NCBI GenBank assembly: GCA_037447605.1
Contig: CM074822.1
Location: 829,492-893,491 of the forward strand
DNA length: 64,000 bases
Origin: Zygnema circumcarinatum SAG 698-1b
Lineage: Eukaryota > Plantae > Zygnematophyceae
Reading direction: 5' to 3'
In this document: piece after piece, positions 1 through 12,000 of the stretch
Layout: each line of letters opens with the position of its first letter
Numbering within the stretch: position 1 is the stretch's first letter
The notes under the pieces: model-generated
What the model was told of the DNA's origin: nothing
The model's input: the letters and a program-made list of their open reading frames with translations, nothing else
Databases searched by the model: none
Translations under genes and position numbers: made by a program

Positions 1-71
1 GTTGCCAACCAGTGGCATCCACTGGTAGGCAACCAGTCGACTGATTGCCAACCAGTAGACGTCCAACCATT
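1..71. repeat. Left part of a palindromic CCAWTGG/GTTGCCAAC satellite, running off the window edge and interrupted at 72-812 by two MITEs
   Basis: Variants such as gttgccaaccagtggcatccactggtaggcaaccagt. The same motif family resumes at 813. Confidence 0.7.
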
Positions 72-230
72 AGGGGGTGTCAGACTTAACAAAATCTTAC
101 GAAAAGCGTTACGAAAAAAAAGGTTACGAAAGTACTCCGCCGCAGGAGGATCGCGATTATACTGGAGTACTCGTTCTGATGTCAAACTTACGAACACGCG
201 TACTGAAATTTTTTAAGTCTGACACCCCCT
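72..230. mobile_element. 159-bp MITE with perfect 18-bp TIRs and ATT target duplication (PIF/Harbinger-like)
   Basis: AGGGGGTGTCAGACTTAA at 72-89 and its exact reverse complement at 213-230. ATT at 69-71 and 231-233. Subterminal TTACGAA repeats; no ORF. Confidence 0.9.
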
Positions 231-233
231 ATT

Positions 234-812
234 AGGGCGTGTCAGACTTAAAGAATTCTCGTAATACTAAAAACTCGATATTCGTAACATTTCGAGTCAA
301 CGTCAGTAAAACTAAAATTCTCGAGCGTAGTTTTTCGCACTCGCGGCGCGGTCCTGTTCGCACTCCGCGATCGCCGTCTTCGCACTTCTCCAAACGCCGT
401 CTTCGCAACTTCGCCCTCGCGCGGGGCCCTCAGACTTGGAAACAGCGCCGGCGCGGCGCGCGGAGACCGCTTGTCGTTGTGTCGTGTTGCGCGTCACGGG
501 GGGGCGCGGCCGCGGGCGGGAAGCCGGGAAAACAACCATGACGTCACGTTGACGCGATTTTCGCTAGTATTTTCTTCGCACGTCCATTTCAGCGCCTCTT
601 TTGGGTGCGAACAAAATCGTGCGAAGAAATGCAATTTCAGTAAACCCCACGGGTCAATCTTCGCAACGTTGACCCGTTGACTTAGCACAGTTGACTTCCG
701 TTCGGTTCGGTTTAGGTTCGGGGGCGCGATGATTTTTAGTACTTAGTAACCTCGATTCTCGTAATACTAAAAACTCGATATTCGTAACATTTTGTTAAGT
801 CTGACACGCCCT
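234..812. mobile_element. 579-bp MITE of the same family, directly abutting the first
   Basis: AGGGCGTGTCAGACTTAA at 234-251 with exact reverse complement at 795-812. ATT at 231-233 and 813-815. Internal identical 38-bp direct repeat at 255-292 and 755-792. Confidence 0.9.
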
Positions 813-1194
813 ATTGCCATCCAATGGTTGTCCAATGGTTGCCGATCCACTGGTCCGAACTGTGCATGGTTGTACGACCATTGGCAATGGCTGGTTCGGA
901 CAGACGCCAATGGTTGTCTGGCATTGCATGCAATGGTTGGCAACAATTGGACGCAATCAATGATGAATCCAATGGCTGCCAACCATTGCATCCAATGGCT
1001 GAGTCACGAACCAATGGTTGGCAGCCACTCCAATGGCTGCCAGCCATTGCATCCAATAGCTGGGTCGTGAACCAATGGTTGGCAGCCATTGCCAGCCATT
1101 TCATTCAATGGCTGAGTCGTGAACCAATGTTGGCAGTCATTGTATCTAATGGTTGAGTCGTGAACCAATGGTTGGCAGTCATTCCAATGGTTGA
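813..1194. repeat. Palindromic satellite built from CCAATGG/CCATTG units
   Basis: Recurrent ccaatggttggcagccattgcatccaatgg, with a higher-order unit containing gagtcgtgaaccaatggttggcag. Confidence 0.85.
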
Positions 1195-1228
1195 TCCGAC
1201 GGTCCTTGCACAATCTTCCTCCAAAAGA

Positions 1229-1401
1229 GTACTCCGTACGACCTAAATTTATACAGTACTGTACTGTACTACAGTACTGTACCAGATACCAATCTTCCAT
1301 ACGATTTCCTGTTACGTGACATGCCTAATCGTACGAGCCGTACATGCAATGTCCCGTCGACCGTACAGCTCCCCATTGCGAGCTGTACGGTGACACCGTA
1401 C
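1229..1401. promoter_or_regulatory. Dense GTAC/CCGTAC cluster with overlapping hairpins upstream of the orphan membrane gene
   Basis: 12 GTAC in 173 bp, counted by eye. Hairpin arms at 1361-1371/1380-1390 and 1383-1392/1394-1403. A regulatory role is inferred only. Confidence 0.4.
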
Positions 1402-1917
1402 AGTTCTTTGATCTTCAAAGAAAACCGTTTTCGCGTGTGAATGCACGAAAAATCAGCCAATGGCGTGTGCGCGGTGAACTTACACGTGCGAGGAAGGCTC
1501 GTGTTTGGCTGGGAATTGGCCGCGGCTCACTCAAAAACGTTGATCCTGAAATGTAATTGACGGTTGATGTTCTTCCCAAGGTGGTGGATTCCTGGAAGAT
1601 CATCGGCGCAGTCGTGTTCTGGACGGAGGTCAGGGAGCGAGGGGAGAGAGGGAGGGAGAGGGAGAGGGAGAGAAAAGGAGAGAGAAGGAGAGGCGAGAGG
1701 GACAGGGAGGAAAGGGAGAGGGGAAAGAAGAGGGAGAGTGGTTGAGGAGTGGGAGAGGTGCGGGAGCGGGAGAGGAGAAGATCTTGAAGGGCGTCAAAAA
1801 GGAGAGTACGACGTCTGTTTCTCTAGAACGCAGCCTTGGCAACTTTTTGAAGCCTTGGAAGCTTTTGTGTTTTTTGAAGACAAAGTTTGAGAGGTAAAGG
1901 GAGAGAATCGTGCAGCC

Positions 1918-3218
1918 ATGAAGGCGGGCGGAGCAGCGGTTTTGTCGTTTCTGGCGACCTTGACCTTCCTTCTTTTGTCGGCACGTGCAGAAGAAGGTGA
2001 GAAGATTCTCTCCACTATTTCTCTCTCGTTTGCATTTGTGAATGTGCAATTGTTTGGTTCACTGTCTTATGCTCCTTGAGCTTAAAGTTGGAGAGGTCTG
2101 GCTAGTGCTGCTGATTGAAAAGAAGTGAGGGAAGAGGGAGGNNNNNNNNNNGGGGAGGAGAGGGAGGAGAGAAGAGGGGAAGGGAGGGAGGGAGGGGAGA
2201 GAGGGGAAAGAGAGAGGTGAGGGAGGGAGTGCGAGAGTGCGAGCGAGAGAGAGTGGGAGAAGAGGAGAGGGAGGGTGACGGACGGAGATGACGAGGGAAA
2301 ATGAGAGGGAGGAGGAAAGAGAGAGAGTGAGAGTGTGTGTAAGAGTGAGAAGGCGAGAGAGACCGACCTTCCGCAAAGCAGGGCAGCGCTCATTCCGTGC
2401 GGGAAGGGAGAAGCGGGGCTGTATGCATCCCAGTGATGCTTGAGGATGTCCTCTTTTCTTGTGGCTGTTTGGAATGTTAGCCGTAAGTGGGTGACTGAAC
2501 ATGGTTAGTCAAGCTTGGACCGTGATCAGTTTTAACCAACCGTTCAGACCTGTGGTAGTATTTTGGTTAGTCAGAGGAATTTACATGTAGATTACATTCA
2601 GTTGCAGGTTCTACGTAAGGCTTCAGTTTAGTGCCTTTGCTAACAAAACAAACAGGGGGCTGGTGTAGACCTATGAGAGGGTCTCTGTTTTTGGCTTGGC
2701 TTGTCTGTCCTGAAGTGAACCTTTGTTCATCCCTATTTTTACAATATCAGCGTTGGGTGGGGTTGAATTCACGTGCAGATGTTTCAGAAGCTGCAAGTCG
2801 CTCTCTGCAGGAAACTGCTGCGGATGCAGCAGAGTCAGTAGTCATTCCTCGCCCACACGTTTCCGAGAAATATTATTACTGCACGGATGGATATGGAAAC
2901 GTGGTTGATTGCGACAACAGTATGTACTGGTGGGGCTATGTCCTCATTTCAGTCTCCTGTTTCTTTGTTGTCTTAGTCTTCATATGCATCTGTATTAGAC
3001 GACAGCGATACAAGCGCTCCCTAGAGGCACAGGGTGTGCTTCCTCCAAACTTTGCTGCTCCTGGATACCCCTACCCTGGTCAGTACCCAGGCCAGTACCC
3101 ACCTCCTCAGTACCCAGGCCAGTACCCCCCTTCCCAGTACCCCCCTCCCCAGTATTCCACTACCCCGAACCCCCCTGTCCAGAACCCCGCAGAGACCCAG
3201 GTGTCAGTTATCAGGTGA
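1918..3218 (+). CDS. Uncharacterised type I membrane protein: signal peptide, short two-Cys ectodomain, one TM, Pro/Tyr/Gln-rich tail
   Basis: Exon 1918-1996 (MKAGGAAVLSFLATLTFLLLSARAEE) is spliced through a GT-AG phase-1 intron to exon 2779-3218. That exon carries TM YWWGYVLISVSCFFVVLVFICICI and tail PGQYPPPQYPGQYPPSQYPPPQY. Confidence 0.8.
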
Positions 3219-4119
3219 CCTGTTTTTGGGACCTCGTAGTACGTTGTACAACTGTAGATCAGAAGCTTGTTTTGGGGTTAAGCAAAGGGGGCCTTTAAGG
3301 ATGTCCTGTACTAGTGGTTTCTATGGCCCTGCTTTTCCTAACTGCACTTATGGCATGGGGGATGATGCGGTTTGAGCTTTAAAAGGGATTGTATCAAGGC
3401 TGTATAGAGGCGTAAGCTTAATTATTCTAATCAACAATTTCGGATTCCTTTAGTTTTGTGGACTAAATCGAGAGCCGGACTGTTTTATGTTTCGTCCAAG
3501 CAGAGGTGCTTTGATTCAGTGTAATGTGGGCGTAATGCCTATAAAGTAAACGGTAACTTCGACTTTATGGTGAAATGAGTATCCTGGTTGGGGGGTTCGA
3601 TCCTTCGTCTCACGGGACCCCAATAGGTGGTTGAAAACTCGAAAATTGGACAAAGAAGTTTGTTTCTTGATAGAAGTACTAAGGGTTGCGCTGTTTGCTA
3701 CCTTTTAAAGCGTGTAAAGCCTTCACATGCTGGTCCTTGACTTATTTCGAAATCACTACTGTCGGCTTCCACTCATAAGTCTCTGGAAAGCATGTGTACA
3801 CTCTCTCTCCCTCTCTCTCTCTCCCTCTCTCTCTCCCTCCCTCCCCCTCCCACTCCCCCCTNNNNNNNNNNCTCTCTCTCCCCCTCTCCCTCACTCCCTC
3901 TCTCCCTCTCTCCCACTCTCTCTGTCTCTCTCCTCTCTCCCTCTCTCTCTCTGTATCTCTCTCTCCTCTCTTTCTCTCCCCTGAAGGCTCGGACCATTTC
4001 TTATGTGGCCCTGGAATGGTGCTCTGCACATCTCCGATGCTTGGGTAGCCCTCGTCGCGCAGTGGATGGGCTGGAACATGGCAGCAGTCGTGAAATGACT
4101 CTCTGCAGTCAGGCACATT

Positions 4120-4254
4120 AGGGGGGGGGGTCAGACTTAACGAAATCTTACGAACAAGAACTTTTTTGAAGTGCTCCGCCGCAGCAGATCTACGATATCA
4201 CCGGAGTACTCCTGGTCTCAAACTTTCGAACAATTTTTAAGTCTGACCCCCCTT
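4120..4254. mobile_element. Third, slightly degenerate copy of the AGGGGGTGTCAGACTTAA MITE family
   Basis: G-run+TCAGACTTAA at 4121-4140 and TTAAGTCTGA+C-run at 4237-4252. Flanked by ATT/ATT (or TTA/TTA if the terminal A/T is excluded). Internal sequence resembles 72-230. Confidence 0.85.
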
Positions 4255-5711
4255 ATTAAGGTAAAAAGATTCATAAAAAGGCCTTCTAAGCTGAACCAAT
4301 GATCTGAATGAATCTGTGGCACGCAAAATGTGCGCATGAGGCGGTAGCAAGCACCAAAAAAGCTTGTTCATGGTCACTGCACACTTGCAGAACCTGCTTT
4401 ACACTGCTGCGATCCAAACAACGCATGGAAAGTTGTAAGGAAAAGAACTGAAAGAGAACTCTTATTTTAATTTAAAGAGGAAACCTCTTAATTTGGAGAA
4501 TGTCCAATCTCAACCGCTCTCGCCAAACAACCATAAGAAGGGTTGAAATTCCTTAACGATTCTTGGCAATGTTGCTTCTGCAACCCTTTCTCCACCTGAC
4601 CTATTCAACCAAACAAGATCTGCGTGCATGCAGTTGCAAAATCAACTTGCCCCAAGTCTTACGGAGAATTTTTGTTTGGATTTTTTTTCTCTAGACAATA
4701 TGTTTATTTCTGAGGTTTATCTTCACATTGTTTCGGGGGATTCACTTTGGGCTTGATTGATGATATTTTTTTAAAAGTTTGTTTTTTTATGCTCTCTTCG
4801 CAATTATCCTTTATAAGACTTCTTAACGCTTTTTTATTCTTTTCCTTTTTGGAGTTTAAGTGTTTTTCAAACCCTAGAAAAACTTGAATGAATCTCGAAA
4901 AGGGAAAGAATTCAAAAAAAGATACGCAGTACCATAACGAATAATCGATGTGAGAACATAAAAGACGCAAGCCCCTATAGAAATATAATCAATTAAGCCC
5001 AAAATGAATACCCATAAAGATTGGAAAGAAGACATAAACGGAAAGAACTCGAGACCGGGTGGGTGGCAGTAGGAGGGAAGGGGAGGGAGCAACGAAAGAA
5101 GGGAACGAGAAGGAAAAAGACGAAGAGGGAGGAGGGAGAGAGGAAAGACTTGGCACTAGAGAGGAGGAAAGGACGGCTGGGGAGAAGAGCGCGGAAGGGG
5201 GGAGAAGAGAAGAATGCCTTGCATATGAGAAAGAGAGAGAGGGAGAGAGGGAGGAGAAGGAGAAACACTGGCTGGCTAGGAAATACAAGGTCTGACGCAC
5301 GGACGAAAAATATCGCTTATTCAGCTTTCAAAAAATGGATCCTCTCCATTAAAATTATAATCTAACCGGCAGAAAAAGAAGGTACCAAACTATACAAACT
5401 TTGACAGTCTAACCACACACTGTTAGCCAGGTCTGCTCGTCGGTCGGTCGGATCCGGACTTCTAACTCTACAGGTATCCCCAAGGTGCCTTTTCAGGCAT
5501 TCCAGTTCGTTCTTAAGCCACCCCAAATCACCTTCTTGCGCACTCCCAGTAACCTTTTCGGTGTCCCCAGTGGTGATTTTAAGTATGCCCAATGGCGTTT
5601 TTAGACAACCCCAATCACCGTTTCTGGCTTTCCCAATCCCCTTGTCCCCGTCGCCAAGTCATCACCTTCCCCACCCCCCCCCAAAGTCACCTTTTCTATA
5701 AAAAGTAAATT

Positions 5712-6001
5712 CTACAAAGTTTGGCTATCTGCCCGCCCGTTCTTTTTCGCAAATGCCAAAAAGACTTGTTCTAGAGTGCTCTGACTGACGCTGTAGTCCT
5801 CGATCCCTAGAGTGTCCCCCACACTCTCTATGGTGCCAAACACTTTAGAGAGGGAGAGCCCCTCCTTGGGCAGACGATAGCGCGCCCTCCCGAGATGCTC
5901 CTCCTCCAACACGGCTCCCTGGAAGGAGGCAGTTACAAAGGCGTGGATACGAGCAAGCATCGCTTCTCCTCCGCCTGTTCTCACCTCCAGGTGGTATCCT
6001 G

Positions 6002-6083
<82 letters not shown>

Positions 6084-9000
6084 CATAAATGTCTTTGAGT
6101 TGGACTTCTAAGTCAAGTCTAAGACTAAGCACACACAGCAGTAAACTCTCAGAACAGTAGGGACGATTCGGCACTTTGAGTCAATACGTTACCCTTTTTT
6201 CTAACCCCAAAAACAGAGAAACAGGGTGCCACGTTTCGGAACCCATTTTTACATCAAGTATCTATCCAGGGGGCGCAAATATTTTAAAAATTTGTTTAGG
6301 TCTTTAATACCTCTCACGAGACCTAAAAAAAACATCATAAAAACATCGAAACAGGCTGTGCCATGTTGAAAAGGGAGGAACTCGCATACCAAAATGACCC
6401 ACAAAGGACCTATCAAGGGGATCTTAAAATAAATACTTTCTCAAGCCCACATTTTACCCTAACAACCCTTAAAACCCTAAAGGCCCCAACAACCCTAAAA
6501 ACAGTGAAACAGGTTGCCATGCTTCAAAGAGAGGGACCCACATACTAAAAAATGACTCACAGAGGACTCACAAAGAATCTAGTTGAATGGTTTGGTTGTC
6601 CTGGTCTTTACAGATTGCATTTCCAATGCTTACGATTTCGAGTGAACTACTATCGTGCATGCATGATTGCATTTCCAATGCTTACGATTTCGAGTGAACT
6701 ACTATCGTGCATGCATGCGCATGCATGCATGTATGGATGCCCACATACCTTCCCCAAAGCGGCTCTTCAGGTGCTGGATGGACCCCAAGCAGGCAAAGCG
6801 ACCGGCGGCCATAAGGCCAACCCTCGAACAGAGAGCTTCGCACTCCTCCATAGAGTGAGTAGTGAGAACAACGCTCGCTCTCCGTTTCTTTGCTGCTTCA
6901 GTTATGATGCCCCACATAGAACGGCGGGCCAAGGGGTCCATGCCGCTGCTGGGCTCGTCGAGGAAAACAGCAGTAGGATGACCCACCTGGAGGAGAACGC
7001 AAATATTCTTTTGATGTTTAGATTTTTTTAACGTTTGTAGAGTAGACGGACTAGAACAGAACAGTAGGATGTATTTCTCGAGAAGGCAAAGCTCAGCAAT
7101 TAACCGGAGGTTTTGACTGCCGGGAGTATTGCGACAAGGTGAAGAAACTTTTAGATGGGGGTTGAATTATGAATTGAGCATTTTGAGGGGGAAAGGAAGG
7201 CCCACCAAGGCAATGCCGAGGGAGAGCTTCCGCTTATTCCCACCACTGTATGTTCCGGCACAGCGATCCGCGTACTTGGATAGGCCCACAGCGGTAATCG
7301 TCTCATTCACCACACTCCGTACATCCACCTCAGGGACGCCCTGAATCCACAAACCACCACCGACAACAAAAATATGGTCTCAATAAGCGGGGATTTTATC
7401 CTCATTTCTTACCGACCATGGTCACGGGAAGTAGGCAAGGGAGCGGTCTTATTTGTGCTCTGACAAAGGAAGCTTTTCAACAGTGACCTGCACTCTACTT
7501 CTTTCGTGACTGAAAAGGGATGTCAGGGTGATAAAGGTTCAAGATGTGGGAGGGATGGGCGATAGAGGAGGTGGAGTTCACAGTAGGGCTAGAGAGGGCG
7601 AGAGAGAGAGGGGGGGAGAGAGAGTGAGAGCGAGCGAGCGAGAGAGAGTGAGAGAGTGAGTGAGTGAGTGAGAGAGAGAGTGAGAGAGTGAGAGAGTGAG
7701 TGCGAGAGTGAGTGAGTGAGTGAGTGAGTGAGTGAGTGAGTGAGAGAGAGAGAGAGAAAGAGCGAGAGAGAGAGAGAGAGAGAGAACAACCTTGAGGCGT
7801 GCGTAGAGCTTGAGATGTTCCCGACCAGTCATGAGGTCAAGCAGGGGGTCGAACTGAGGGCAGTATCCTATCTGCTGCTGGACAGCTGGCAGTTCCGTGA
7901 GCACCGACCGCCCGTTGACCAGCGCGTCGCCAGCTGTCGGCCGAATGTCGCCGGTCAACATCGACAGCGTTGTGGTCTTACCCGCGCCGTTCACACCACT
8001 GCAACTCCCAAAAAAAAAAAAAAAAAAAAGTCCCACGAGAGACACAAAGCGAGGGGGAGTTAAAATTGAACAGTTTAAGAAGGATGAAGTGCACTTATCT
8101 CGCACTGATGCACGTGAGATGGACTGTAATTTTTTGTTTTGTTGGGGTATGTTGGGGGTTTGCAGGGTTTTTAGGAGGGTTTTGCAGGGGTTTGCAGGAA
8201 TTACAGAAATCCGAAGCACTGAGCGGGGGGGATTCCCAGACAGATGTCCTGCACAGCTATCTTTGGTGGGGTGTGCCCCGATCCGCCATAGACCTTCCGA
8301 AGCCTCTTTAGAACCACAGCGTCGCCGTCCGCACTCCCACTCTCAACACGTTCGCGTTCGGTTGCCACGTCCGCGTCTTCCTCTCCTTTAGCAGACTCTG
8401 ATACAGTGAAAGAAAATGCAAATCCATTCATGAGCATTCCCTGCTTCCTGCTTTCCTCGAAGTGGGTTTTCTTTTTTAAAGGGTAAACCTTAATGGGCAT
8501 TGCCTAAAAGTATCCACTCATGTGGGACAAACTTGTAGAGTTTCGAGGAGATCATTCACATGCCAACGGCCCATGAATGAAATTCCTTTCAGTTTTTCCT
8601 TATAGTGGGAGGGAGGGAGGGGGGGCTGGGGGGTAGGAGCACACCTTCTAGAGGGAGCTCTTGTTGGGCCCACCCACTGTTTTCAGAGAGTATATTTCTT
8701 ATCCACCGACGCAAGTGTAGGTAGAGTATCGCTGGGTAGTCAAGATCGATGGCTAAAGTGAGGGCAAAATAGGCTACAGCTTCAAGGGCCATAAGACCCA
8801 TAGGCCGACCCACCAGCTCCCACTTATAGGGGCTCTTATATACTCCTGTAATATCTGCTTGCAGGTCTAAGGCTGACAGTCTTATAAGCCCATCACCCAA
8901 GTTGAAAGGTGGGAAGAGGCGATATATGTGGACCAGTCGACGGTTGAGGTCCTGCAGAAGAATTGGGAGCATTTTAAATATATACTATTACAGAGGGAGT

Positions 9001-12000
9001 TAGCATCTCTGGACAATTTGAAGGTTAAGGAGGGTGCAGCGCAGGAGCTGATGGGAGCGCTTATTAGAGAGAGAGAGGGAAGGGAGGAGGATGTGTGTTG
9101 GACCTTTGTTCGCTCAATGGTCGACATGATGAGAGAGGCTACCACTGTCACGAAGCCCAACACAAAGTGCAGGCCAGCAATTGCTACCTGCACCACAATA
9201 GACCTTTTACTATGGTTGAGTCGATAGAAGCACACTCATTCATCCATTCCTCCATCACTGCCAAAAGTTCGAGAAAAACCCTCCTCTCTTCTAAAGAAAA
9301 ACNNNNNNNNNNGAGTGAGTGAGAGAGAGAGAGAGAAAGAGCGAGAGAGAGAGAGAGAGAGAGAACAACCTTGAGGCGTGCGTAGAGCTTGAGATGTTCC
9401 CGACCAGTCATGAGGTCAAGCAGGGGGTCGAACTGAGGGCAGTATCCTATCTGCTGCTGGACAGCTGGCAGTTCCGTGAGCACCGACCGCCCGTTGACCA
9501 GCGCGTCGCCAGCTGTCGGCCGAATGTCGCCGGTCAACATCGACAGCGTTGTGGTCTTACCCGCGCCGTTCACACCACTGCAACTCCCAAAAAAAAAAAA
9601 AAAAAAAAGTCCCACGAGAGACACAAAGCGAGGGGGAGTTAAAATTGAACAGTTTAAGAAGGATGAAGTGCACTTATCTCGCACTGATGCACGTGAGATG
9701 GACTGTAATTTTTTGTTTTGTTGGGGTATGTTGGGGGTTTGCAGGGTTTTTAGGAGGGTTTTGCAGGGGTTTGCAGGAATTACAGAAATCCGAAGCACTG
9801 AGCGGGGGGGATTCCCAGACAGATGTCCTGCACAGCTATCTTTGGTGGGGTGTGCCCCGATCCGCCATAGACCTTCCGAAGCCTCTTTAGAACCACAGCG
9901 TCGCCGTCCGCACTCCCACTCTCAACACGTTCGCGTTCGGTTGCCACGTCCGCGTCTTCCTCTCCTTTAGCAGACTCTGATACAGTGAAAGAAAATGCAA
10001 ATCCATTCATGAGCATTCCCTGCTTCCTGCTTTCCTCGAAGTGGGTTTTCTTTTTTAAAGGGTAAACCTTAATGGGCATTGCCTAAAAGTATCCACTCAT
10101 GTGGGACAAACTTGTAGAGTTTCGAGGAGATCATTCACATGCCAACGGCCCATGAATGAAATTCCTTTCAGTTTTTCCTTATAGTGGGAGGGAGGGAGGG
10201 GGGGCTGGGGGGTAGGAGCACACCTTCTAGAGGGAGCTCTTGTTGGGCCCACCCACTGTTTTCAGAGAGTATATTTCTTATCCACCGACGCAAGTGTAGG
10301 TAGAGTATCGCTGGGTAGTCAAGATCGATGGCTAAAGTGAGGGCAAAATAGGCTACAGCTTCAAGGGCCATAAGACCCATAGGCCGACCCACCAGCTCCC
10401 ACTTATAGGGGCTCTTATATACTCCTGTAATATCTGCTTGCAGGTCTAAGGCTGACAGTCTTATAAGCCCATCACCCAAGTTGAAAGGTGGGAAGAGGCG
10501 ATATATGTGGACCAGTCGACGGTTGAGGTCCTGCAGAAGAATTGGGAGCATTTTAAATATATACTATTACAGAGGGAGTTAGCATCTCTGGACAATTTGA
10601 AGGTTAAGGAGGGTGCAGCGCAGGAGCTGATGGGAGCGCTTATTAGAGAGAGAGAGGGAAGGGAGGAGGATGTGTGTTGGACCTTTGTTCGCTCAATGGT
10701 CGACATGATGAGAGAGGCTACCACTGTCACGAAGCCCAACACAAAGTGCAGGCCAGCAATTGCTACCTGCACCACAATAGACCTTTTACTATGGTTGAGT
10801 CGATAGAAGCACACTCATTCATCCATTCCTCCATCACTGCCAAAAGTTCGAGAAAAACCCTCCTCTCTTCTAAAGAAAAACTTTCAAACCGCATAGTGCA
10901 TGAGCTTTAGAGAGTGGTAATGTGTGTAAATTTGGTTCACCTGTGCACTGGAATGGCTCGTGAAGGAGAAGGAGTAGCAGTAGGAGAGAGGGATTACAGA
11001 CATCCCAAAGAGCACTAGCAGCAGTACGACTGCAAAAGCCTTAGTCGCATTTCCGATGAAGGCCTGATCGTGGTATATGCCGAACACCGCCATTGTGACA
11101 GCAACTATGGCGGCATAGTTCAACATGTCCCATGCAAAGGTAGCTGTCCAGTAGGCTAGAACACTCGCACCACTCACCAGCTGCATGCATCACAGTAACA
11201 AAGAAAGTGTTCAAAGTGGGTTTTTGACTTAACCAAGACTTCAAAAGCTTGGTTAATCAGGCAGGAAAGACATGAAAACTTTGTGCATTCAATTTATCAG
11301 TTAGCCAATGGAACCTAGAATCGGACAAATGATAATAATTGGCTAAACCAACACAAGATTAGCCTTAGGTTCAAAAGACTGAATTTTAAAGTGACATGTT
11401 TTTGGAGGTAAATTTGAAAAGAAAGGAACGAAAGAAAGACTGTGTGTAGAGGTGGTAAAGACCTGCAGATGCTTTGCCTTCACGTTCCGTTCCCGGACGA
11501 CAAAAACTGCGAAAGTGGCGGCGAGGTAGCAGAAGGGGATGAGCACAAAGAGGGCGGCCAAAACTGTAAGAACTGTTTCTATGCGGCGAGCCTCCCGCTG
11601 CGTGAGAGGGAGAGGATGGGTCCGAACATAGAGCCGACTGGAGGAGAGGCCTACTGCTGCTTGGAACTTTAGTTGGGCCAGCTCTTGAATCACAGCAGGC
11701 AATGCATGGTCACTGCAACAAAAAGGAAATCAACAAAAAAAAAACATTCACTACTGTGTGGTATGGAGGGGGNNNNNNNNNNGGGGAGGGGGAGACCCAC
11801 AAAATCGCAACCATTTCAATGCAAAAAATAAAAAGTAAGCAATGAAATACAGAGTCTGGTGAAGGGTAGAGAGGGAGAAAGTTTTGCACCTTGAAGTATT
11901 GTGGAGAATGGTGAGAGCAGCCCTTAAGCCCATTCCGGAGTCTGTTTGTAGAACTGGGGAGTCATGGAGCTCTTTCTCGATCTGTGCGAGTTGTACGGCT

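Noticed and set aside
767-1300. Trp/Cys-rich repetitive ORFs over the CCAWTGG array (also 56761-57029)
   Set aside because: They arise on both strands and in several frames from the palindromic repeat, with no coding signature.
3560-3625. tRNA/SINE-like A and B boxes (tggtgaaatgag..ggttcgatcc)
   Set aside because: The spacing is too short, there are no acceptor or anticodon stems, and I saw no second copy.
3727-5300. Possible small gene between the orphan membrane gene and ABCA
   Set aside because: CT-rich tracts and short open frames exist, but I could not build a consistent exon chain or recognisable product.
7734-10881. Tandem duplication of ABCA TMD2/NBD2 exons as a real internal gene duplication
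   Set aside because: The copies look identical even in introns and join exactly at a 10-N gap, and inclusion would scramble the domain order. This is a typical contig-overlap artefact; long reads or read depth would settle it.
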